From Candidatus Eiseniibacteriota bacterium (lineage in GTDB: Bacteria; Eisenbacteria; RBG-16-71-46; CAZAMP01), in the NCBI GenBank assembly GCA_965224245.1, contig CBDCYW010000017.1:1-16387 (forward strand): a stretch of 16,387 nt of DNA. The letters are read 5' to 3'. The notes under the pieces are model-generated. The model did not search any database. It worked only from the letters and a program-made list of their open reading frames with translations, and was not told where the DNA came from. Positions 8,864 through 16,367 of the stretch are shown here, in pieces. Position 1 is the first letter of the stretch. Every line of letters starts with the position of its first letter. A program made the translations under genes and the position numbers.

Positions 8864-10410
8864 GGGCCACCTCCGGGCAGAAGCGAGGCCGCTTCCTCGC
8901 GAAACGTAATCGCCACCTCGCCTGACGCCCCGTCGTACTCGACACGCTCGACGAGCAGCGCCAGCGCCTCGTGCTTCTCACGCGCCGTCAGACGCGCCCA
9001 CAATGCGTCGAACTGCGACATGGCTTCCGACACGCCCGTGCGGTTGATCGCGCGGCCACGGACGGCTGTGAGCGTCTCCTGGGCCACACGGCGGCGGTGC
9101 TCGGTGGTCTTGACCCGTCGCGTGATCTCGGTGATCCGATCGTCGTCGGCATCGCCACGGGCGCGGTTGAGTTCTCCACGCATCTGCTTGATCTCGGCGT
9201 CGAGCAGGCGGACGTCGTTGGCCAGTTCCTTCGCGCGGGCTTTCGCCTGGGCCTTCGCCGACGCGACGGTGGCGGCGATGAGCTTCGGGTCGCTGCCGAT
9301 GCCCCGGATCTGGTCGATGACGAACGCTTCGATCTCGCCAGCGGCGACGGGAGCGGTGGCGCAGACGTGGGCGCCTTCCTTCTGGCGGCGGACGCAGGTG
9401 TAGTACTTGTATCGGCGCCTCCCCTTCGTCGTGGCGGTCCGGGTCATCGCGGCGTCGCAGGCGGAGCAGCGGAGGAGGCCGGCCAGGAGCGCCGTGCGCT
9501 TCGTCCTCGGGGCCGAGCCGTTGATGACGCGGTTCCCCTGGAGACACGCCTGGACCGCCTCGAACGTCTCGACGTCCACGATGGCCTCGTGTTCAGCCTC
9601 CACGACCTCGTCACCGGCCCGGATGCGGCCGACGTAGAGCACGTTCGTCAGGAGCTTCTGGAGGGTCGACTTGCCGAAGTCGTTGCCGCCGTAGGTCTTG
9701 CCTGCCGCTGAGGTCCAGCGCTTCGTGGTCCAGCCTCGACGTCGCAACTCAGCGACGGTGGCCGAGAGGGATCGTGTCGCCAGGTACATCCCGAAGACCG
9801 CACGGACCCGCTCGGCCTCGCCCTCGTTCACGACGAGGCGACCACCGCCGTCCGCGATGTCGTAGCCGAGCACTGGAACACCGCCCGTCCACTGGCCCCG
9901 ACGACGCGCAGCCCGCATCTTGTCCCGAGTCCGCTCGCAGATCATGGACCTTTCGAATTCGGAGAAACTGAAGAGCAGGTTCATCGTCAGCTTGCCCATC
10001 GAACTCGTCGTGTCGAGCTGCTGGGTCACGCTGACGAGCCCGACGCCATGACGGTCGAGCGTCTCCATGATCCGGACGAAGTCGGCGAGGCTGCGGCTCA
10101 GCCGGTCGATGCGGTGGACGACGATGCGGTCCACTTCGCCGGCCTCGACGTCTCGCAGCAGCCGCTGGAACGCCGGCCGGCGCGTGTCGCCGCCGCTGAA
10201 GCCTCGGTCCTCGTAGACGTCGGGGAGCGCGGTCCATCCGGCGTGGCGCTGGCTGGCGACGTAGGCCCGGACGGCCTCCTGCTGGGCTTCCGTCGAGCTG
10301 AAAGCCTGGTCGGGGGCGTCGTCGACAGAGACGCGGGTGTAGACGGCGCACCGGACAACAGCGGGTTCCACGCCCTTCCCGTTGCGCGATGTCGTCGACA
10401 GGACGGCCAT
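8860..10410 (-). CDS. Large serine recombinase (integrase), 516 aa
   Basis: Catalytic 'AVYTRVS', 'YEDRGFSGG..RRPAFQRLL', 'DRLSRS', recombinase domain, zinc ribbon (LLRCSACD...YYTC...C) and coiled coil. ATG 10410 has GAGGGA upstream; the longer ORF start at 10629 overlaps DUF2924. Confidence 0.93.
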   Translation of the reverse strand: MAVLSTTSRNGKGVEPAVVRCAVYTRVSVDDAPDQAFSSTEAQQEAVRAYVASQRHAGWTALPDVYEDRGFSGGDTRRPAFQRLLRDVEAGEVDRIVVHRIDRLSRSLADFVRIMETLDRHGVGLVSVTQQLDTTSSMGKLTMNLLFSFSEFERSMICERTRDKMRAARRRGQWTGGVPVLGYDIADGGGRLVVNEGEAERVRAVFGMYLATRSLSATVAELRRRGWTTKRWTSAAGKTYGGNDFGKSTLQKLLTNVLYVGRIRAGDEVVEAEHEAIVDVETFEAVQACLQGNRVINGSAPRTKRTALLAGLLRCSACDAAMTRTATTKGRRRYKYYTCVRRQKEGAHVCATAPVAAGEIEAFVIDQIRGIGSDPKLIAATVASAKAQAKARAKELANDVRLLDAEIKQMRGELNRARGDADDDRITEITRRVKTTEHRRRVAQETLTAVRGRAINRTGVSEAMSQFDALWARLTAREKHEALALLVERVEYDGASGEVAITFREEAASLLPGGGP

Positions 10411-10412
10411 CG

Positions 10413-10907
10413 TCAGTCCCTCGCTCCCTTCAGACCCCAGAAGGTCTTCCCGTTCCAGTTCACGCCCGTCGCCGCCCGCGCCGCCCCACTGAGCGAGCGG
10501 TACACGTCGCCGTCGAACTCGAAGCCGTGCTCGAGGACGCGGCACTCCAGGACGCGGCCTCTGTACTCGCGACGCAGCACCGTGCCGGCGGGGGGCAGGT
10601 TGAGATCGTGTGATGGCAGGCGCTTGCATGTGCGACGAGTCGTATGGGCGACTGCCTCGGTGCCAGACGGCGGACGCGTCCGCAAGAACGCGAAGTCCGC
10701 CAGCTCCCTGGCTCTCGCCATGACCGTCTCAGGGAAGCCGCTGAACCCCTCGGCATCAGCCTGGAGCTTCCAGGCGATCCGCTTCACCAAGTGCGCCTTG
10801 CTGTGCGACCGCGTCTCCTCGCCCCACACTTTCCGGTAGCGTTGACGAAGCTCACGAACCGTCATGTCCCGAAGCGTCTCCAGCTCCTGGTTGATATTCA
10901 AGCTCAC
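10413..10907 (-). CDS. DUF2924 domain-containing protein
   Basis: 'LVKRIAWKLQ...GTVLRREYRG....RVLEHGFEFDG..YRSLSGAARAATGVNWNGKTFWGL' is the DUF2924 signature. GTG start with GAGGAGGA RBS, in the usual position just upstream of a serine recombinase. Confidence 0.85.
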   Translation of the reverse strand: MSLNINQELETLRDMTVRELRQRYRKVWGEETRSHSKAHLVKRIAWKLQADAEGFSGFPETVMARARELADFAFLRTRPPSGTEAVAHTTRRTCKRLPSHDLNLPPAGTVLRREYRGRVLECRVLEHGFEFDGDVYRSLSGAARAATGVNWNGKTFWGLKGARD

Positions 10908-10940
10908 GCGTCCTCCTCTCTCGGGGTGTCAACCGCGATG

Positions 10941-10972
10941 ACATGGACGCTCGGAGTGGCGGGGACATCAAG
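10941..10972 (-). promoter_or_regulatory. Motif A copy 3 (CTTGAT-N14-GAGCG-N2-CATGT), putative promoter/operator of the DUF2924-recombinase operon
   Basis: The minus strand reads CTTGATGTCCCCGCCACTCCGAGCGTCCATGT, 33 nt upstream of GTG 10907. Confidence 0.55.
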
Positions 10973-11074
10973 TGGATCGTCGGGGGACTCGCCGGTAGTC
11001 AAGCGGAGGTAGGCGCGGGCCAGCAGAGTCGCGAGCGTCGTGTGATCCAGGACATCGCTCATGCTGACCATGCG

Positions 11075-11326
11075 CTATCGCGTCGACGAGGCCGCGCTGG
11101 GTGCGATCGTCGGTCGCGGGGTATCGACGGACTGGATGGCCCGTTTCACACAAGCCGCGACGTCTTGCCGAAGACAGGCGCGGAGCCGAACAGCCAGCCG
11201 AAACGACGGGTCGCTTGAATCGCAGTCGCGCGTCGCGATCGCCAGGATCGGGACGAGTCGCTGCCAGATCGCATCGGTGAGGTCTGTCGTCAAGCTGTGC
11301 GGGAAATCGGATCTGCACGCGGTCAT
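11075..11326 (-). CDS. Small hypothetical protein (83 aa)
   Basis: ATGA overlap with the stop of the sigma-like gene (11323-11326), and it fills the gap before DUF2924. No recognised motif. Confidence 0.4.
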   Translation of the reverse strand: MTACRSDFPHSLTTDLTDAIWQRLVPILAIATRDCDSSDPSFRLAVRLRACLRQDVAACVKRAIQSVDTPRPTIAPSAASSTR

Positions 11327-13023
11327 GGCTGTCGTCCGCGAAACATCCACTCGTAGCCTGGCTCGGACATGAGAGCATGCTGGAGCTTTACGCGCGCCCG
11401 CTTTATCCGCTGTCCTACGGCCTGTTGAGAAACACCAAGGCGCTCCGCGATAGTGGCTTGCGACTGGCCGTCGCAGAAGTGTGCCACGAGGACGTCCCGT
11501 TCCTTATCCGTGCAGAATCGAGAGGCGAGATCGTTCAGTGACTCAGCCAGTTCCGGCTGCATGGGGTGGTCCGTGTCACGGAGATCAAACTCGCGACTGG
11601 CGTCGCGTGCTTCGCCGCCAAGCTCTCGATCGTCCGAGGCCACCAAGAGAAGCCACACAGGGTAGAAGTTCAGAAACAGGTGATATCGACGTCGAAGCTC
11701 CGCTGCAGCGGTGGCAGTTCCTCGCTTGAGAACTGCGGTGGAGAGCCAGAGGGCAAAGGTTTTGTAGTCGGTGTTGGCTACGAAAGACCGAATGACTGGG
11801 TCCAAAAGCGGGATGACGTTGCCGAGGGACGGCTGCCGGAAGTACATGAGCTGAAACAGTCGCCGTTCCGCTCGGCTGAGCTCCTTCCGGACCTTGCGGT
11901 AGATTTGTCTGGCTATCGCATCGTGGAACGCGAGCTCGCGGTTTCTGGCATCGAGCGAAATCAGCTTCAATGACGGTGCGAGGTCTCCATGGCGTGAGAC
12001 GATGAGATAGAGCGCTTCGAAGTACATCAGCGGGTCAAGCTGTGCGAGGGCTCCCTCGATCACGGCAACTGCGTGTGCCGGATCGTCGTGATCGAGGGCT
12101 TCCGGATCGCGTTCGATGATGACGACGGCCTCCCGGATCGCGTCATCATCGAGCAAACTCCGATAGTACTCAGCAGTATCTACGAGAAGGTCTGTCGCAG
12201 CATCCGGATCAACGTTACGTGCGATGAGTTTCGCAAAGCGTTCTGGTAGAGCGTTGCGGAGCGTCTGCGGGCGGATGTCTACACGCGTGAGTATCCGATC
12301 CAGCCGATCGAGAATCGCTGTGGCACGGTCTCCGAAGTCGGTCCGAGGGGTACTTCTGGACTCCGCAATCAGCTCGCGAGCCGCTCTCCCGTAGACCTCA
12401 TCGGTGTCGACCTCCACCCGTTCCATGACTTCGGAGATGGACAGCCGGATGCCTGCGTCGCGTCTTGCTTCGCGGACGGCACGTCCCGCAAGCTCAAGCT
12501 GCGTGTCGAAGAGCTGGCTATCCAGTCTCTCAAAGGTCTCGTAGCACTCCTCGACGACTTCGATATGTCGGAAGATCGGGACTCGTAGTCGGATCTCCGG
12601 GTCGTCGCGTCGAGCCCTCGCGAGCAACACGTTACCGTCGTCTGTCACCGGTCCGCCGAGTTCGGCGATCTGCTCCCAAAGAGAAGCTCCGGTAGAGCGA
12701 GAGAGCCTCAATGCCGCGCAGAGCGTCGGCGAATGCAGCAGCGTTGCTGGCTCGAACATCCGCTCGCGCAGGGGGACGACCCGCGATCCCAGCGACGCAA
12801 GAAACGGATCAGCCATCTCTAGGTCCACGGTTCCACGGCGCCGCATGTGCCGCAGAACGGCCGTCTCGACCGGGCATCTGGCGGACTCAGCGTCCGGCAT
12901 GATGAGGCGGACGGTTTCCGCAGCGGAGTCGCCGCAGGCCGAGAGTGCGATGGGCAATGCGTCCGCTTCGATGTAGCCGATGCATGACGTGCTGTCCGGG
13001 TCGTCGAATCTGAGCCGTTCCAT
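11323..13023 (-). CDS. Large protein (566 aa) with C-terminal sigma70 region-4 HTH
   Basis: C-terminal 'CTDKERDVLVAHFCDGQSQATIAERLGVSQQAVGQRIKRARVKLQHAL'. ATG 13023 is preceded by GGGAGGCAGG. The ~480-aa N-terminal part is helical-looking and unrecognised. Confidence 0.75.
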   Translation of the reverse strand: MERLRFDDPDSTSCIGYIEADALPIALSACGDSAAETVRLIMPDAESARCPVETAVLRHMRRRGTVDLEMADPFLASLGSRVVPLRERMFEPATLLHSPTLCAALRLSRSTGASLWEQIAELGGPVTDDGNVLLARARRDDPEIRLRVPIFRHIEVVEECYETFERLDSQLFDTQLELAGRAVREARRDAGIRLSISEVMERVEVDTDEVYGRAARELIAESRSTPRTDFGDRATAILDRLDRILTRVDIRPQTLRNALPERFAKLIARNVDPDAATDLLVDTAEYYRSLLDDDAIREAVVIIERDPEALDHDDPAHAVAVIEGALAQLDPLMYFEALYLIVSRHGDLAPSLKLISLDARNRELAFHDAIARQIYRKVRKELSRAERRLFQLMYFRQPSLGNVIPLLDPVIRSFVANTDYKTFALWLSTAVLKRGTATAAAELRRRYHLFLNFYPVWLLLVASDDRELGGEARDASREFDLRDTDHPMQPELAESLNDLASRFCTDKERDVLVAHFCDGQSQATIAERLGVSQQAVGQRIKRARVKLQHALMSEPGYEWMFRGRQP

Positions 13024-13067
13024 CACCTGCCTCCCGGTTCGGGCCGCGCGTGGAGGGTCCACGCTCT

Positions 13068-13101
13068 ACCCGGTACGGACGCCACCGGTCCATCCTACAA
13101 G
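13068..13101 (-). promoter_or_regulatory. Motif B leftward copy (CTTGTA-N9-GGTG-N2-GTCCGTACCGGGT)
   Basis: The minus strand reads CTTGTAGGATGGACCGGTGGCGTCCGTACCGGGT and ends 44 nt before ATG 13023. Confidence 0.6.
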
Positions 13102-13197
13102 CCCCGGGATCGTTTTTCTTTCCAGCCGGCCTAACGGCCTGTCCTGAAGCAACTTAGGGTCCCGTTCCGTAGCCCGCGACCTTTCTGCCTTTCGCGA

Positions 13198-13231
13198 CTT
13201 GTAAATCGCGCTGGTGCTGTCCGTACCGGGT
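13198..13231 (+). promoter_or_regulatory. Motif B rightward copy (CTTGTA-N9-GGTG-N2-GTCCGTACCGGGT)
   Basis: The plus strand reads CTTGTAAATCGCGCTGGTGCTGTCCGTACCGGGT and ends 44 nt before ATG 13276. Confidence 0.6.
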
Positions 13232-13345
13232 GAGGGCCACATGGTCCGTGGCCACTCAATAGCAAGGAGGCAGGCATGCCGGCGGCACCCCCGCCAGCGG
13301 ACAGGTCCCGAATGGTGGGGTGGCCGCCGCGCGAGGCGGGTCACG

Positions 13346-13936
13346 GTGAGTGAGCCATGGACACCGACGAGCCCTTACACACGCGTACCCCACGAGGTCC
13401 TCGAAGTGATCGCAAGGGGCTGGTTCACGGGCTCCCAGACCCGCGTCCTGCTCGCGATTGCGCGGCACTCGTGGGGGTTCCATCAAGTCGCGAGCAGGTG
13501 TGGAGTCCGGCAGATCGCCGCCACGTGCCAGATGCACCCGAGCACGGTGAGCCGGGTCATCCGGAGTCTCGAAGAACGCCGCGTTGTCCAGAAGGAGCAT
13601 GCGATGCGAGGGCAGCAAGCGTCGATACGGATCGTCGAGCAGGTGCGATTGTGGCAACCGCCAGCACCTCGGAAGCCCAGGAAACTGCCGCAGTCGGTCT
13701 GGAAGCCGAAGATGGAGGATGGCGAGAGTGTTGACCTGGGAGTCAACACTTCGCCCGCTGGGAGTGTTGACCTGGGAGTCAACAGGGGTGTTGACCTGGA
13801 AGTCAACGGTAGTGTTGACCTGGGAGTCAACACTACAAAGATATATAGAGATACAAAAGATAGGCGGGTTCGTGGGAGGCCGAACGAGGAGTCGCCCGCC
13901 CCGGAGGTCGAAGGGGACGCGGAGGTGGTGCCATGA
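13346..13936 (+). CDS. Phage replication initiator, lambda-O-like N-terminal winged-helix domain
   Basis: 'YTRVPHEVLEVIA...FTGSQTRVLLAIARHSWGF...QIAATCQMHPSTVSRVIRSLEERRVV' resembles the Phage_rep_O N-terminus. It contains iterons and has an ATGA overlap with dnaB. The start is either GTG 13346 or ATG 13276 via a frameshift. Confidence 0.78.
   Translation: MSEPWTPTSPYTRVPHEVLEVIARGWFTGSQTRVLLAIARHSWGFHQVASRCGVRQIAATCQMHPSTVSRVIRSLEERRVVQKEHAMRGQQASIRIVEQVRLWQPPAPRKPRKLPQSVWKPKMEDGESVDLGVNTSPAGSVDLGVNRGVDLEVNGSVDLGVNTTKIYRDTKDRRVRGRPNEESPAPEVEGDAEVVP
13728..13862. repeat. Putative replication origin: four 20-bp palindromic iterons plus AT-rich tract
   Basis: GTGTTGACCTGG(G/A)AGTCAAC starts at 13728, 13764, 13788 and 13812, followed by ACTACAAAGATATATAGAGATACAAAAGATA (13832-13862). 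Confidence 0.8.
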
Positions 13937-15285
13937 CCCGTCAGGACCTCCTGTGTGATCTCGACGCCGAACGGGCGCTCCTTGGCGCCATGTTCCTCGC
14001 CGGCGTGGATATCGATGGACTGGAGGACTTCAACGCCACCTGGTTCCACTATGAAAGCCACCGAGCCATCTACGATGCGATCTGCTCTCTCGAAGCTGAT
14101 GGCTACCCGATCGACTTGTCGCTCGTGAAAGGGCGTCTCGAACAGTCCGGGAAGATCGATCTGGTCGGGGGTGTGAGCTATCTCGTAGACCTGGTGGACA
14201 GCATCGGCTGCTCGACGGCCACAGCCCCAGCCATGATCGAGCGCGTGCGCAACGCCGCCGTTCGTCGCCTGGTCCGATCCGCGTGTGACTGGGCATCCGT
14301 CGAGGTCGTGGACTTCACGTCTCCGGTCAACGAGACCATCGATGGACTGATGACGCGCCTGGTGGAGGTCGGCGCTCCACGAGAGCGCGGACTCGTCCTG
14401 GCCGGCGAAGTCGTACCGCAAGCGATCAAGGAACTCGACGATCCGGTGCTCGCCAACGCGGACGTCGTTCTCAGCGAGCTCGGAGACGTCGATCGGCAGA
14501 TCGGCGGCTGGCGCCCTGGCGAGCTGATCGTGATCGGTGCCCGCCCGTCGGTGGGCAAGACGGCGCTTCAGCTCGGGTTCGCGGCAATGCCCGCCGTCCG
14601 GCACGGGCTACCGGTCGCCTTCTTCAGCCTGGAGATGCCGACAAAGTCGATCCTGTACCGGGTCGCTGCTCAGCTCTCCGGGGTCGACCTCCAGCGTGCC
14701 ATTGGGGGGCGGCTCGACCAGGCGGAGCGACGTTCCTTCGGAGACGCGCTGAGCGCGCTCAAGACGGTTCCGCTCTACATCGCCGACGCGAGCGCTCCGC
14801 GGGTGTCCGAGATCCGGCGACATGCGAAGCGCCTCAAGGCTCGTCACGGGCTCCGGCTGATCGTGGTCGACTATCTCCAGCTCGTGGCCGGCCAGCCGAA
14901 CGCCCAGACTCGTGAGCAGGAAGTCGGCGGAGCATCGCGTGAACTCAAAGCGCTGGCGAAGGACCTGGGTGTACCGGTGATCGTCGGAGCGCAACTGAAC
15001 CGGCAGGTCGAGAACCGCGCCTCGTCTCGTCCCGTGCTAGCGGATCTTCGTGAGTCGGGTGCGATCGAGCAGAACGCCGACATCGTGTGCTTCATCCACC
15101 GACCCCACAAGGACAAGGAGAAGGCGACCGTTGACGAGCTTCGAAAGACGACGCTGATCGTGGCCAAGCATCGCAACGGTCCGACCGGGGATGTGCCACT
15201 CGTGTTCGAGCCGACGTGTGCGCGTTTCTCGGGACTGTCGCCGGCGACAGCGCCGATTGCTCGGAGGCGACGCAATGCCGCCTAG
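13933..15285 (+). CDS. dnaB: Replicative DNA helicase (element-encoded DnaB)
   Basis: N-terminal 'DAERALLGAM...HRAIYDAI', Walker A GARPSVGKT, FFSLEM, IVVDYLQL, QLNR, LRESGAIEQNAD and KHRNGPTG. Confidence 0.95.
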   Translation: MTRQDLLCDLDAERALLGAMFLAGVDIDGLEDFNATWFHYESHRAIYDAICSLEADGYPIDLSLVKGRLEQSGKIDLVGGVSYLVDLVDSIGCSTATAPAMIERVRNAAVRRLVRSACDWASVEVVDFTSPVNETIDGLMTRLVEVGAPRERGLVLAGEVVPQAIKELDDPVLANADVVLSELGDVDRQIGGWRPGELIVIGARPSVGKTALQLGFAAMPAVRHGLPVAFFSLEMPTKSILYRVAAQLSGVDLQRAIGGRLDQAERRSFGDALSALKTVPLYIADASAPRVSEIRRHAKRLKARHGLRLIVVDYLQLVAGQPNAQTREQEVGGASRELKALAKDLGVPVIVGAQLNRQVENRASSRPVLADLRESGAIEQNADIVCFIHRPHKDKEKATVDELRKTTLIVAKHRNGPTGDVPLVFEPTCARFSGLSPATAPIARRRRNAA

Positions 15286-16367
15286 CAAACGACGACGGAT
15301 CTACGACGCACTGCCGCCGTATCTTGGCGGCAAGCGCCGGTTGGCGCCGTTGGTGTTCCGCGAACTCGACCGTGCCCTCCCACGCCGCCTGTGGGGGTGG
15401 CGCGCGCTTCGTCGACGCGTTCGCCGGCGGCTGCTCGGTCTCGCTCTACGCGAAGGCCCAAGGCTTCCTTCACGTCCACGCCATCGACGTCGCCGAGCGG
15501 TCGGTGATCGTGGCCCGGGCGTTGATCGCGAATGGTCGCGTGCATCTCACCGAGGCCGATCTGCTCCGCATCGCCAGCGCGGAGATCCGGAGCCCCGGAC
15601 CCATCGAGGCGCTCTACGCCCCGAGCGTGTTCCCGGCGAACGTCGCGCGATGGCTCGACCGTGCGCTCGCCTCCGCCGAGGCGACCGCCGATGGTGCGAA
15701 GGCGAACCTCATCAAACTCCTAGCGATGAAGGTGGCGATGGCGAGTCATCCAATGGCGCAAGTCCGACCTGGTACGGCCCACCGCGTCGTGACAGGAGAG
15801 CTGGAGGCGATCACCGAGAGCTGCGTGAAGGTGTACATCGATGCGAAGCGGCTCACGAGTCCCGAGAAGCTCCGCTCCATGATGCACGCGATCAACGGCG
15901 GCGTCATCACCGGCGAGGGTGAGGTCACGAAGGGCAGTGCGATCGACGTCCTGCCGACGCTGAAGGCGGACGTCGCGTATCTCGATCCGCCGTACGCGTC
16001 GACATCGAGTTACGAAAAGGAGTATCGCATCCTCGACGAAATCTTCGCCGGTGAGGCCAAGCCGGTCAGCCGGTTCAGCGAGTCGGTCGATCTCCTCGAT
16101 GCGCTCTTCGAGTCGGCGCTGCACATTCCGGTCTGGCTCGTGAGCTACGGCAACGCCGAGCTGTCCGGCGCCGACCTCGAAGACCGGGTCGCGGCGTTCG
16201 GTCGCGAGACCCGGCTGATCGAGGTGCCCTACGCTCACAAGGCGTCGGTCGCCCGAGCTGACACCCGCGCCCGTAATCGCGAGCTTCTCGTCGTCGCCGT
16301 CGACCCCGAGCACCGGCTCATCGAGCGCATCCGCGAGAGGAGGGCCGTCGATGCCTTCGAGTCCTAG
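15275..16367 (+). CDS. Dam/D12-class N6-adenine DNA methyltransferase with one apparent +1 frameshift at G5 15393-15397 (363 aa reconstructed)
   Basis: ATG 15275 with GGAGG gives 'LPPYLGGKRRL' (motif X). Removing one G continues into 'FVDAFAGGCSVS' (motif I) and later 'AYLDPPY' (motif IV). Confidence 0.85.

Noticed and set aside
10411-10629. 73-aa N-terminal extension of the serine recombinase
   Set aside because: It overlaps DUF2924 and has low-complexity Arg/Pro composition. A good RBS and ATG exist at 10410, just before the catalytic motif.
13728-13831. Palindromic direct repeats as a mini CRISPR array
   Set aside because: Spacers are only 4-16 bp, the repeats lie in frame inside a replication gene, and no cas genes are present. 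Iterons fit far better.
15191-15922. ORFs 15191-15922 and 15216-16367 as two separate genes
   Set aside because: They hold consecutive motifs (X, then I and IV) of one methylase joined at the G5 run.
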